From contig JALDRA010000001.1 in NCBI GenBank assembly GCA_031316235.1, positions 2,657,117-2,681,116 on the forward strand: 24,000 nucleotides of DNA, written 5' to 3'. A program made the position numbers and the translations under genes. Below, in pieces: positions 13,257 to 23,172 of the stretch (the stretch's first letter is position 1; the number at the start of each line of letters is the position of its first letter). The notes under the pieces were generated by a model. The model worked only from the letters and a program-made list of their open reading frames with translations, was not told where the DNA came from and did no database searches. The stretch is from Candidatus Scalindua sp. (lineage in GTDB: Bacteria > Planctomycetota > Brocadiia > Brocadiales > Scalinduaceae).

Positions 13257-14729
13257 ATGAAATTAGGCAGATTGATTGAAAATTTAGATTCAGAAGGGGT
13301 GTATAACTTTCAAAATCTTGAAATAGCCGGGCTGACACATGATTCACGTCGGGTGAAACCCGGATATATGTTTGTTGCAATTGAAGGTCATAAAACAGAT
13401 GGACACTATTTTATAGAAAAATCACTTGAACAGGGGACGGCAGCTATCGTCAGTGAAAAGATCTACTCCCCTCATACAAGAATACCACAAATTATCGTAC
13501 GTAACTCAAGGAGAGCTCTTTCCCATTTAAGTTGTTGCTTTTACGAAAACCCGTCACAGAAAATCAATGTTACCGGGATAACAGGGACAAATGGTAAGAC
13601 GACAACGGCATTTCTTACGAAATCTATCATTGAATCAGAAGGATATGATACGGGTTTAATCGGTACAATCAGCTATCAAATTGGAAAAAAGAAATTACCG
13701 GCACAGGAGACAACACCTGAATCTGTTGAACTCCAGCGGATTATTTCTGAAATGGTTGCCTCAAGACTGAAGTTTGTGGTGATGGAGGTGTCTTCCCACT
13801 CTCTGGTTCAACACCGGGTGGAGGACATAAACTTTAAAGTTGCCGTTTTTACCAATATAAGTCCGGAACATCTTGATTATCACAAAACAATTACAAATTA
13901 TATCGAAGCGAAAATAAAGTTATTCCAGGGACTCAAAAGCAGCTCTTTTGCAGTATTAAATGCTGATGATGAACAGAGCGGGTGCTTCGCAGATAATACC
14001 AAAGCTCAAATACTATGGTTTGGAATAGAAAAAAGTGCCGACATAGAAGCGAGAATCTGTCATGAAACGATGGAGACTACTGTTGTGCAGTTGACATATG
14101 CAGGGACGAAAGCAGAAATTTTTATACCCCTCATAGGTCTGCATAATGTGTATAATGTACTTGCCTCGGCCTCGGCAGCAATAGCGCTGGGATTTGATTT
14201 AAAAGCGGTAAAAAAGGGAATTGAAGCCGTGCCGGTAATACCCGGAAGATTAGAGAATGTGCCGTGTAAAAAAGGTTTTACTGTCTTCATAGATTTTGCC
14301 CACACTCCCCATGCGCTTGAGGTAGTCTTGTGTACACTGAAAAAATTGACATCAGGGAGGTTAATTCTTGTTTTTGGTTGCGGCGGTGACAGGGATAGGA
14401 ATAAAAGGGCTGAAATGGGAAGAATTGCCGATCTGAACTCGGATATTTTCTGGATAACGAATGATAATCCACGTTCAGAGAATCCAGAAAAAATAATTGA
14501 TGATATCCAGGCCGGCATTAGACCGGGAAGGACCTTTCACGTCCAGCAAGATAGACAGCGTGCAATACAGGCTGCAATCTCTGAAGCAGAAATAAGTGAT
14601 ATTGTGCTGGTTGCTGGAAAAGGTCACGAGAAATGTCAGATATTGAAAGACAGAGTGATACCTTTTGATGATAAGGATGTTATCAAAACGATCATATCGG
14701 GTGATGAATCAGGAAATATTTATGGATAG
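13257..14729 (+). CDS. murE: UDP-N-acetylmuramoyl-L-alanyl-D-glutamate--2,6-diaminopimelate ligase
   Basis: 490 aa with the Mur ligase P-loop GITGTNGKTTT. The DNPR motif (TNDNPRSE) is the one associated with meso-DAP-adding MurE. Canonical dcw position. Confidence 0.9.
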   Translation: MKLGRLIENLDSEGVYNFQNLEIAGLTHDSRRVKPGYMFVAIEGHKTDGHYFIEKSLEQGTAAIVSEKIYSPHTRIPQIIVRNSRRALSHLSCCFYENPSQKINVTGITGTNGKTTTAFLTKSIIESEGYDTGLIGTISYQIGKKKLPAQETTPESVELQRIISEMVASRLKFVVMEVSSHSLVQHRVEDINFKVAVFTNISPEHLDYHKTITNYIEAKIKLFQGLKSSSFAVLNADDEQSGCFADNTKAQILWFGIEKSADIEARICHETMETTVVQLTYAGTKAEIFIPLIGLHNVYNVLASASAAIALGFDLKAVKKGIEAVPVIPGRLENVPCKKGFTVFIDFAHTPHALEVVLCTLKKLTSGRLILVFGCGGDRDRNKRAEMGRIADLNSDIFWITNDNPRSENPEKIIDDIQAGIRPGRTFHVQQDRQRAIQAAISEAEISDIVLVAGKGHEKCQILKDRVIPFDDKDVIKTIISGDESGNIYG

Positions 14730-16122
14730 ATTAGCTCTTGCTGATGTTCTTTCGGCTACAGGGGGGAAATTTCTCAGCGGGAGGAAACAATCATATGTTA
14801 CAGGCGTTTCAACGGACACGAGGTCAACAGCAGAGGGTGAGATATTTTTTGCCATAAACGGTGAGAATCATGATGGGCACGCTTTTGTAAGTCAGGCGAT
14901 AGATAAAGGTGCAGTTGGTGCTGTAATTTCGAACATGAACGGAATTGCTGATCTATTACGAGGGAAACAAGGCACATGCAGCTTGATAAAGGTAGAAGAT
15001 ACCCGAAAAGCCCTGGGAGATCTTGCAAGGTTCTATCGTAAAAACTTACCTGGCAGATTTATTGCCATAACCGGAAGCAATGGAAAAACGACAACAAAGG
15101 ATATGGTATATCATCTCCTGAGAAATTTCAAAAAAGTAACGAGATCAAAAAACAGTTTCAATAATGACATAGGTGTTCCCCTGACGATATTTGAAACCAG
15201 CAGTTCCCATGATTTTGGTGTTATCGAAATGGGGACAAATGCCCCGGGTGAGATAAAACGGCTGTCTGAAATTATCTCTCCGGATTATACTATATTGACC
15301 AATATATCCCATACCCATCTTGAGGGATTGGGAGATATTAAGGGTGTAGCGGATGCAAAGGCAGAATTTATTGAAAACATGGATGAAAAGGGGACCCTGA
15401 TTACAAATACAGACGACAACTGGTGCAGACAGATTTCAAGACGTTTTTGCGGTAAGGTTGTCGGGTACGGTTTTGGCGAGGACGCACTCATCAGGGCATC
15501 GAATGTCAAGCGAAATGAATCCGGTTTTGAATTCACGGTAAATGACTCATTTCCTGTTGCGGTAAAAATAATGGGAAAGCATAACATCTATAATGCCCTG
15601 GCAGCTATTGCCCTCTGTTTTTCCATTGGTATCCCTTTAGAGGAGCTATGCGACAAGTTCGAGGGCTTTACTCCTCCACCAATGCGGATGGAAAAACAGA
15701 TTTACGGTGATATTGTTATTATTAATGACGGATATAACTCAAGTCCCTTGTCGATGTTGGTTGCAATCGAGGAATTTGCGCAATTGCAGGTTCCGGGAAG
15801 ACGGGTACTTGTGTGTGGTGATATGCTGGAGCTTGGGGAAAAATCAGAGGAGCTGCACAGAGAAATAGGCGAGAAGGTTGCACAATCTCATATCGATAAT
15901 CTCTGGACAATCGGGCCCTATTCAAGATTAATAGCGCAAGAGGCCATTATCAAGGGTATGGCGAGAGAAAATATTCAAAGTTGTGAAAACTCAGAAGAAA
16001 TGTGTTCTCTTGTTGCCTCTCTGATAAGGAAGAATGACACCGTACTCATAAAAGGTTCGAGAAAAATGAAACTGGAGGCGGTTTCACACCAAATCGAGCA
16101 ATTTTCTCAGAGTAAGAAGTAA
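14722..16122 (+). CDS. murF: UDP-N-acetylmuramoyl-tripeptide--D-alanyl-D-alanine ligase
   Basis: The ORF track gives 14665..16122. I prefer ATG 14722 (MDRLALADVLSATGGKF), which overlaps the murE stop by 8 nt. P-loop ITGSNGKTTTK is present. Canonical position. Confidence 0.9.
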   Translation: MDRLALADVLSATGGKFLSGRKQSYVTGVSTDTRSTAEGEIFFAINGENHDGHAFVSQAIDKGAVGAVISNMNGIADLLRGKQGTCSLIKVEDTRKALGDLARFYRKNLPGRFIAITGSNGKTTTKDMVYHLLRNFKKVTRSKNSFNNDIGVPLTIFETSSSHDFGVIEMGTNAPGEIKRLSEIISPDYTILTNISHTHLEGLGDIKGVADAKAEFIENMDEKGTLITNTDDNWCRQISRRFCGKVVGYGFGEDALIRASNVKRNESGFEFTVNDSFPVAVKIMGKHNIYNALAAIALCFSIGIPLEELCDKFEGFTPPPMRMEKQIYGDIVIINDGYNSSPLSMLVAIEEFAQLQVPGRRVLVCGDMLELGEKSEELHREIGEKVAQSHIDNLWTIGPYSRLIAQEAIIKGMARENIQSCENSEEMCSLVASLIRKNDTVLIKGSRKMKLEAVSHQIEQFSQSKK

Positions 16123-16213
16123 AGGCTTCTCAGAATTTTTTATTATTTGTGTTGTTCAAAAAGTCGTATTTCATGAAGGCGTTATCTGTTGTGAAACATC
16201 TGGAGAAGGTTCT

Positions 16214-17308
16214 GTGCTATACAGTTGGGTTTATTATCTACACAACCATTTTTCTGAACTTGAAATAATAAAGTACATATCATTCCGGGCCGGTCTTGCC
16301 GCCTTTACCGCTTTTTTAATCAGCGTGTTTATCGGGGGCAAGATAATAAAAATGCTGAAAAAGTATAAGGTCTCAGAAGATACGACAAAAACAGATTCTG
16401 TGAGATTAAGAGAACTGCATAGTGACAAAAAAAACATCCCTACAATGGGAGGTGTTATTATGCTGATATCGATAATCGGCTCTACTCTGCTCTGGTGTGA
16501 CCTGGTAAATATTTATATAAGAATTGTATTATTTGCAACCGTGTGGCTTGGTGCTGTGGGTTTTGTTGATGACTATATTAAATTGAAGCACAAAGATGCT
16601 TCCGGCATGTCAGGCAGATCTAAACTTATCTTTCAATGCGGTCTGGGACTTATTCTCGGTATTGTATTGTATTTTCATTTCAAGAATATTGATGACGGCA
16701 CAAAACTGATCATACCATTTTTCAAAGGGCTTAAGCCCGAACTGGGGGCATTTTATGTGTTAATGGTGATGTTCTTTGTAGTAGGGATGTCAAATGCTGT
16801 CAACATTACCGATGGTCTTGACGGGCTGGCTATTGGATGCGTTGTAATTGCAGGACTTGTGATTACCCTGGTGGCGTATGTTGTAGGGAGGGTTGACTTC
16901 AGTAGTTATCTGCAGGTGCCTTATATCCCCGGGTGCGGAGAATTAAGTATCCTGTGTGCAGCGTTGGTTGGTGCCGGATTGGGTTTTATGTGGTTTAATT
17001 GTTTTCCGGCACAAGCCTTTATGGGGGATACGGGCTCACTTCCATTGGGTGGCATACTGGGTATAGTTGCCATAATTGTAAAACTTGAGCTCTTTGTTTT
17101 TTTTATTTACAGTATTTTTATTGTAGAAGCACTTTCAGTGGTATTGCAGGTAGGGATATACAAGATCTGGAAAAAAAGGGTCTTTCTCTGTGCACCGTTA
17201 CACCATCATTTTCAGTTTAAGGGATGGCCGGAAACAAAGATCACGGCAAGATTTTTTATTATTGCCGCAATAATGGCACTCTTGAGCTTGATTACTATAA
17301 AATTATGA
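16214..17308 (+). CDS. mraY: phospho-N-acetylmuramoyl-pentapeptide transferase
   Basis: 364 aa with a GTG start. Polytopic membrane protein with NAVNITDGLDGLA and a MGDTGS-type motif (FMGDTGSLPLGG). Confidence 0.9.
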   Translation: MLYSWVYYLHNHFSELEIIKYISFRAGLAAFTAFLISVFIGGKIIKMLKKYKVSEDTTKTDSVRLRELHSDKKNIPTMGGVIMLISIIGSTLLWCDLVNIYIRIVLFATVWLGAVGFVDDYIKLKHKDASGMSGRSKLIFQCGLGLILGIVLYFHFKNIDDGTKLIIPFFKGLKPELGAFYVLMVMFFVVGMSNAVNITDGLDGLAIGCVVIAGLVITLVAYVVGRVDFSSYLQVPYIPGCGELSILCAALVGAGLGFMWFNCFPAQAFMGDTGSLPLGGILGIVAIIVKLELFVFFIYSIFIVEALSVVLQVGIYKIWKKRVFLCAPLHHHFQFKGWPETKITARFFIIAAIMALLSLITIKL

Positions 17309-18447
17309 AAGCCATCAAAAGTCAAGCAGTTGTACCATATACAGAAAATCGTGCCCTGGAACCGGTTAACGTTATCTTATACCTTATTACGACGCTGCTT
17401 GTAGTGGGGATAATTATGGTGTACAGTACGAGTTCGGCAAAACTTATAAAAGGCGGTGATGCCCAGAATCTCGTCTTCATGAAGCATGTTTTGTGGGTAA
17501 TCTTTGCTTTTCTGGGTATGTTAATCATGATGAGGGTAGATTATCATTTCTGGCAGAACTATAGCACCGTAATCCTCGGAATTTCCGTAGTCTGCCTTGT
17601 CGCCGTATTAATTCCAGGAGTGGGATCAGTTATTAATGGTGCCCGCAGGTGGATACGATTTGGTTCCTATTTTGGTGTCCAGCCATCTGAGTTTGTAAAA
17701 CTTGCAATGATCATATTTGTTTCAAGTTATATAGCAAAAAACCAGGGCAGTATGTCGGATTTTGTTAAAGGTTTTGTTCTCCCTCTTGTGATAATTGGCG
17801 GTGTCTCACTGCTTGTCCTTGTTGAACCGGATTTCGGTACAACGTTATTCATCATGTTTGTCTCACTGATACTTGTGATTGTCGGAGGAACGAGAATTGT
17901 CTACTTTGTTTTCACCTTGATGGCCGCGGTCCCATTTATTTATGAAAGTATATATAAAATTAAACCTTACCAGATGAAAAGAATCCTGGTTTTTCTTGAT
18001 CCCTGGAGAGACCCCCAGGGAGATGGCTATCAAATAGTACAATCATGGATTACCCTTGGATCAGGCGGGATCTCTGGTTTGGGGTTAGGCGAAGGGAGAC
18101 AGAAATTGTTTTTTTTACCTGTCAGTAGCAGTGATTTTATCTTCTCTATAATAGGCGAGGAGTTTGGATTCATCGGCACTTCAAGCATTATCATCATGTT
18201 TGGCTTGTTGGCATGGTATGGGATCAGGGTCAGTAAGCAGGCTCCGGATATGTTTGGTTCTCTGCTTGCTTTAGGAATAACCCTCACGATCGCTTTACAA
18301 TCAGCCATGAATATTGCTGTTGTTACCGGGGCAATACCGACAACGGGTATTCCTCTTCCATTCATCAGTACCGGGGGTTCATCACTGTTTTTATCGTTAT
18401 TGGGGATGGGTATGCTCTTAAGTATTGCAAAACAATCAAGAACTTAG
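17305..18447 (+). CDS. ftsW: SEDS-family peptidoglycan glycosyltransferase FtsW
   Basis: The ORF track gives 17224..18447. ATG 17305 overlaps the mraY stop (ATGA). Polytopic membrane protein with EPDFGT and LPVSSSDFIFSIIGEEFGFIG (SEDS signature LPExHTDFIF..IGEE.G). Confidence 0.85.
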   Translation: MKAIKSQAVVPYTENRALEPVNVILYLITTLLVVGIIMVYSTSSAKLIKGGDAQNLVFMKHVLWVIFAFLGMLIMMRVDYHFWQNYSTVILGISVVCLVAVLIPGVGSVINGARRWIRFGSYFGVQPSEFVKLAMIIFVSSYIAKNQGSMSDFVKGFVLPLVIIGGVSLLVLVEPDFGTTLFIMFVSLILVIVGGTRIVYFVFTLMAAVPFIYESIYKIKPYQMKRILVFLDPWRDPQGDGYQIVQSWITLGSGGISGLGLGEGRQKLFFLPVSSSDFIFSIIGEEFGFIGTSSIIIMFGLLAWYGIRVSKQAPDMFGSLLALGITLTIALQSAMNIAVVTGAIPTTGIPLPFISTGGSSLFLSLLGMGMLLSIAKQSRT

Positions 18448-18460
18448 CAATAACCTTCCA

Positions 18461-19666
18461 ATGAGAACAGGGGAAAAAGAGTCTTCTTTTTTGAAAGTGA
18501 TCTTCGCCGGTGGCGGTACCGGCGGTCATTTAATGGCGGGGATAAGTATTGCGGAGGAAATATCCTCTCAGTTTCCTGATGCAGGTATTGTATTTTTTTG
18601 TACTGATTTGAAGAGAGAGGCCGGATACCTGGAAAAGAGCGGATACCGGATAAAACAGATCAGAGCACGGAAACTCACATCTTTGCGTCACGTACCAGCA
18701 TTCCTCTTCGTTTCTACCATTGGGCTTGTCTCTTCCTTCATCCATATTGCAGCGATTCGGCCTGATATGGTTGTCGGCCTGGGAGGGTATGGATCGGTCT
18801 TACCGGTTGTTGCTGCATATTTCTGCAGAGTTCCAATTGTCCTGATAGAACAGAATAGTATTCCCGGCAGAGCTAATCGAATGCTGGCAGGAGGAGTGGA
18901 TGCGATTTTATGTCATTGGGAGAAAACGGCAAAGTTGTTTAAAAAGTCAAAATCAATACATGTTACCGGTATTCCCGTACGGAAAGATATCATAGGAAAT
19001 ACATCTGAGAAGGAGTACGAAAAATTCGGTTTTGTCAGTCAGGGAAAGATTTTACTTATTATGGGCGGCAGTCAGGGGGCACAAACAATAAACAGGGTTT
19101 TAGTGCAGTGCCTGCCAGAACTAAAAAAAATGATTCCGGAGTTGCAAATTATTCATTTAACAGGTAAGCTTGGATTCTGTGAGGTGAAAAGGGTGTATGA
19201 CAAAATGGGGATTCGGGCCTTTGTGTCGGAGTACTTTGAAGACATCGGCCTCATCTACAGGATAACTGACCTGATAATAAGCCGTTCCGGGGCAAATACT
19301 GTTGCGGAAATTGCTGAAGTTGGAATTCCCGCAATCCTGATACCATATCCTTATGCTACTGATAACCATCAGTATTGGAATGCACACGAACTTTCCCGGA
19401 ACGGGGGTGCCATAATCATAGAACAAAAAGAGCTGAATCCGGAGATGATAACAGAAATAATAGTTCGTTTACTTGCAGACAGGGAAAGATTGCATGAGAT
19501 GAAAGCTCTTAGTAAAAAACAGAGCAAGCCTTTTGCTGCTGAAAGGGTTGTTGAGGGAATTCTCCAGACACTGGCGGGAAAGAAACAGGGGGCAGGTCTA
19601 ATTTTATCAGAGCGAAACAGAAAACGAAAAGAAAATGAATCTTACAACACAAGACACTTATCATAA
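18461..19666 (+). CDS. murG: undecaprenyldiphospho-muramoylpentapeptide beta-N-acetylglucosaminyltransferase
   Basis: The ORF track starts at TTG 18425. ATG 18461 (MRTGEKESSFLKVIFAGGGTGGH) gives the usual short N-terminus before the GGTGGH motif. The start is uncertain by about 12 codons. Confidence 0.85.
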   Translation: MRTGEKESSFLKVIFAGGGTGGHLMAGISIAEEISSQFPDAGIVFFCTDLKREAGYLEKSGYRIKQIRARKLTSLRHVPAFLFVSTIGLVSSFIHIAAIRPDMVVGLGGYGSVLPVVAAYFCRVPIVLIEQNSIPGRANRMLAGGVDAILCHWEKTAKLFKKSKSIHVTGIPVRKDIIGNTSEKEYEKFGFVSQGKILLIMGGSQGAQTINRVLVQCLPELKKMIPELQIIHLTGKLGFCEVKRVYDKMGIRAFVSEYFEDIGLIYRITDLIISRSGANTVAEIAEVGIPAILIPYPYATDNHQYWNAHELSRNGGAIIIEQKELNPEMITEIIVRLLADRERLHEMKALSKKQSKPFAAERVVEGILQTLAGKKQGAGLILSERNRKRKENESYNTRHLS

Positions 19667-21233
19667 ATCACAGAATCAGCATTACCAAAACCTTCTTCAT
19701 TATGATCGTGAACAGGAGAAAAATGTCTATTTTATAGGAATCGGTGGTGTGGGTATGAGTGCAATTGCGAAGATATTGATGGATGAGGGGTGCATCGTGT
19801 CTGGTTCGGATCCGGAATGTACACCCATTACGCATAACCTGAGGGAGAAGGGTGCAAAGATTTATACGAAACAGGATGGTAACAGCCTGGATCACTATAC
19901 AAATCTGGTTATAGCTTCTGCGGCGATAAATGAAAGTAATCCGGACCTTGTCAAGGCAAGGAAATTAGGGCTGAAGGTGGTCAAATACTCTGAATTTCTG
20001 GGCTCATTAATGAAGGATAGACGGGGCATTGCGGTGAGCGGTACACATGGTAAGACTACCACAAGCGCCATGATATCAACAATTCTCAAGAAGTCTGGTC
20101 ATGAACCTACATTTGTAGTGGGGGGTGATATTGTAGAGATAGGAGGTGGTTCCTGTGTTGGAAAGGGAACTCTTTTTGTTGCGGAGGCGTGTGAATATGA
20201 TAAGACATTCCTGAACCTGTCTCCACAAATTGGAGTTATTACGAACATTGATGAAGACCACCTGGATTACTATAAAGACATAAGGGGTATAACAGATGCC
20301 TTTTCGGAATTTGCCTCCCTGATACCTGCAGATGGAATACTGGTTGTAGATGGCGAGGATGAGAATATAAAGACGGCTATTAAAAATGCAGGATGCCGGA
20401 TCTCCCGGTACTCAGTAGTTTCCGCGCGGGTTAATACACAAATGGCTGATGTGCCGGACTCTTTTTCGTTTTGTACGATACCAGGCGTCATCATGGACGA
20501 ATCAGCTGGTGGCATGCAGGGTAAATCAGAGTCGAAATGGCTGGCAGTTGTGTACAGTTTTGATAAGACTGAGAGTGTTTTCAGCGTATATAATGAGAGT
20601 GGGTTTTTTGGTAATTTTTCTCTTCAGGTACCCGGGATACATAATGTAAAAAATGCACTTGCAGCAATTACTGTCTGCAGCCACATTGGTTTACAGGCCG
20701 AAGTTATCCAGAAGGCATTCCAATCCTTCAAGGGTGTCAGCCGGCGATTTGAAATCATCAGCAATGAAGACGGTATTACCATAATTGATGATTATGCCCA
20801 CCATCCTACCGAAATAAGAACGACATTAGAAACGGTTAGAGCTGTCTATCCTTCACAACAGGTTACGTGTGTGTTTCAACCTCACCAGTATAACCGTACA
20901 AGATTTTTCTTAAAAGAGTTTGCTGCGTCACTCAGCCTTGCCGATCGGGTAATCCTGACCGATATTTATGCAGCAAGAGATTCCGGTATTGATAAGGCCT
21001 CTGTCAGTTCATTGGATCTTGTACGTGAATTGCTCGAAATGGGTGGTAACGTTCAGTATATGAAAAGCATCTCAGAGATTGTAAATGAATTACCCATTAA
21101 CGCAAAAACAGGGGATATTATTTTGACGATGGGAGCGGGGGATATCTGGAAAGCCGCTTATGGTCTGAGGGATTTTTTCAAAAAGAAACATGATAACCCG
21201 AACGAAGGCAGACGACAGCTTATTTCAACGTGA
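19635..21233 (+). CDS. murC: UDP-N-acetylmuramate--L-alanine ligase
   Basis: 532 aa with FIGIGGVGMSAIA (Rossmann-like N-domain) and the P-loop VSGTHGKTTT. It overlaps the murG 3' end by 32 nt and is somewhat longer than typical MurC. Confidence 0.9.
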   Translation: MNLTTQDTYHKSQNQHYQNLLHYDREQEKNVYFIGIGGVGMSAIAKILMDEGCIVSGSDPECTPITHNLREKGAKIYTKQDGNSLDHYTNLVIASAAINESNPDLVKARKLGLKVVKYSEFLGSLMKDRRGIAVSGTHGKTTTSAMISTILKKSGHEPTFVVGGDIVEIGGGSCVGKGTLFVAEACEYDKTFLNLSPQIGVITNIDEDHLDYYKDIRGITDAFSEFASLIPADGILVVDGEDENIKTAIKNAGCRISRYSVVSARVNTQMADVPDSFSFCTIPGVIMDESAGGMQGKSESKWLAVVYSFDKTESVFSVYNESGFFGNFSLQVPGIHNVKNALAAITVCSHIGLQAEVIQKAFQSFKGVSRRFEIISNEDGITIIDDYAHHPTEIRTTLETVRAVYPSQQVTCVFQPHQYNRTRFFLKEFAASLSLADRVILTDIYAARDSGIDKASVSSLDLVRELLEMGGNVQYMKSISEIVNELPINAKTGDIILTMGAGDIWKAAYGLRDFFKKKHDNPNEGRRQLIST

Positions 21234-22071
21234 TGTTTCTCTGCGAAAATATACTTCTTTCAGAACGGGAGGAGCTGCTGAGTTTTTTGTAGAGCCGGAG
21301 AGTGTATCAGAGCTGATGAAGGTGCTCCGGTTTTGCAAGAGAGAGAAAAAAAAGATTTTTATACTCGGTAACGGAAGTAACATTCTTGTTCATGATGACG
21401 GTGTTGAAGGTGTGGTCATTTATCTGGGAGGGAATTGCTTTAAACAGTTACATAGATACGGGTTGCGTGTTTGTTCCGGAGCGGGAGTGAGTCTTGTCGG
21501 ACTGCTGAGGAAAGCAGCCGGGTGGGGTCTGGGCGGTTTAAGCAGCCTGGCTGGGATTCCGGGGAGTGTTGGCGGGGCTGTAGTAATGAATGCCGGTGGG
21601 AAATACGGCAGTATCAGCGAAAATATCAACTCGGTAACAACGGTCACCTTTCATGGCGAAATAAAAAAGCTGGAACGTAAAGAGATCGGCTTTCAATACC
21701 GTGGATGCGGCCTCCGGGAAGAGATAGTTATTGAGGTGGAATTTCTGCTGAGAGAATCCGAAAAAGAGAGAACCTTTGAAGAAATGAACACTATTTATAA
21801 AGAGAAGAGAGAAAGTCAACCTCTGGGAACGTTAAATGCCGGTTGTATTTTTAAAAACCCTCAAGGCTTCAAGGCTGCTGAACTTATTGATAAAGCGGGT
21901 CTGAAAGGGGTAAAAGTTGGCGGCGCCATAGTCTCACCAAAACATGCAAATTTTATTATTAATAGTGGAGATGCTACCAGTAATGATATATTGGAGCTCA
22001 TACAAGTGATAAGAAATAGTGTCAGAAAAAAATATAATGTTATATTAGAGACCGAACTGCATATTTGGTAA
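21190..22071 (+). CDS. murB: UDP-N-acetylenolpyruvoylglucosamine reductase
   Basis: 293 aa with LRKYTSFRTGGAAEFF and ILGNGSNILV (FAD-binding domain), in the short type II MurB layout. It overlaps the murC 3' end by 44 nt. Confidence 0.85.
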   Translation: MITRTKADDSLFQRDVSLRKYTSFRTGGAAEFFVEPESVSELMKVLRFCKREKKKIFILGNGSNILVHDDGVEGVVIYLGGNCFKQLHRYGLRVCSGAGVSLVGLLRKAAGWGLGGLSSLAGIPGSVGGAVVMNAGGKYGSISENINSVTTVTFHGEIKKLERKEIGFQYRGCGLREEIVIEVEFLLRESEKERTFEEMNTIYKEKRESQPLGTLNAGCIFKNPQGFKAAELIDKAGLKGVKVGGAIVSPKHANFIINSGDATSNDILELIQVIRNSVRKKYNVILETELHIW

Positions 22072-22101
22072 AAAAGGTTCTTTACAAAGGTGAGAGCAGG
22101 A

Positions 22102-23076
22102 ATGGCTGACAAGAAAATAATAGCGGTATTAATGGGAGGTGTATCTCCAGAAAGGGAGATTTCTCTCCTCTCTGGTCAGGCAGTCTCGCATGCCCTCAGG
22201 AAGGCCAATCACAAGGTCGTTGAGATAGTCGTAAACGACTGTTTAGTTAACGAAATTGATGATCATGAGGTAGATGTGGCATTCATTGCTCTTCACGGTT
22301 GTTTTGGCGAGGATGGGGGAATACAGGAAGTTTTAGAATCAAAGCAGATTCCCTACACGGGCTCGGGAGTTGGTGCGAGCAGGCTTGCCATAGACAAGGT
22401 GAAATCAAAGGATGTCTTTAAAAGGGAGAATATTCCAACTCCCGATTATTGTGCTGTATCAATGAAGCTCAGTATGTCAGAAATTATCGAGAGTGTTGAA
22501 AAAGTAACATTGCCTGTTGTTGTCAAGCCGACAGGAGCCGGTTCAAGTGTCGGCATATCCATGATAGGGACATATGATGAATTGTGTGAGGGAGTGGCTT
22601 ATTCTCGTTTATATGGCGGGCAGGTTCTTGTTGAAAAATTTATTGAGGGTCGGGAATTGACGGTTGGTATACTCAACGATCTGCCTTTACCGGTAATTGA
22701 AATAAAAACTGCATCACTCTTTTATGACTATGATGCGAAATATAGAGATAAGAGAACTCAGTACATTATCTTGAAATCAGCCGATAGAGCAGGTGAGAGA
22801 TCGTTGCCTCACTCTACTTATACCAGGGTGCAGGAGCTGGCAATGGAGGCGCACAAAAGCCTTGGCTGCCGAGATTTTTCCCGTGTAGACCTTATCCTGG
22901 GCAAGGGGGGAGAAATATACGTTCTTGAGGTGAATACAATCCCTGGATTTACCGAGAGAAGCCTGTTCCCGAAAGCAGCCGGTGCACAAAATATTGATTT
23001 TATCGAGTTGTGTAATACGATTGTGAGAAATGCATTAAAACCCGCCATGAAAGACCTCTCGGCTGTGTGTCCGTAA
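22102..23076 (+). CDS. ddl: D-alanine--D-alanine ligase
   Basis: The ORF track starts at GTG 22090. ATG 22102 (MADKKIIAVLMGGVSPEREISLLSG) is the canonical Ddl N-terminus. ATP-grasp region is present, including EVNTIPG. Confidence 0.9.
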   Translation: MADKKIIAVLMGGVSPEREISLLSGQAVSHALRKANHKVVEIVVNDCLVNEIDDHEVDVAFIALHGCFGEDGGIQEVLESKQIPYTGSGVGASRLAIDKVKSKDVFKRENIPTPDYCAVSMKLSMSEIIESVEKVTLPVVVKPTGAGSSVGISMIGTYDELCEGVAYSRLYGGQVLVEKFIEGRELTVGILNDLPLPVIEIKTASLFYDYDAKYRDKRTQYIILKSADRAGERSLPHSTYTRVQELAMEAHKSLGCRDFSRVDLILGKGGEIYVLEVNTIPGFTERSLFPKAAGAQNIDFIELCNTIVRNALKPAMKDLSAVCP

Positions 23077-23172
23077 TTCATAAAGATACCTCGGGGCAGG
23101 AAATGAATCATATCGAAAGGCAGCAGTCACGGAAAACCAATTTTATCGAAACAAATAAGAAGCCCTGCAATA

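Noticed and set aside
14060-14518. 152-aa minus-strand ORF inside murE, and similar antisense ORFs inside dcw genes (for example 9721..9963, 10302..10604, 15285..15587, 18030..18365, 20270..20515, 21538..21819, 22818..23111).
   Set aside because: All lie fully within well-supported plus-strand genes with clear family motifs. Their translations are low-complexity or unrecognisable. I treat them as shadow ORFs.
14722-21233. Start/stop overlaps between consecutive dcw genes (murE/murF 8 nt, mraY/ftsW 4 nt, murG/murC 32 nt, murC/murB 44 nt), considered as a possible unusual feature.
   Set aside because: Translational coupling by short overlaps is ordinary in dcw operons. The longer overlaps depend on uncertain start-codon choices.
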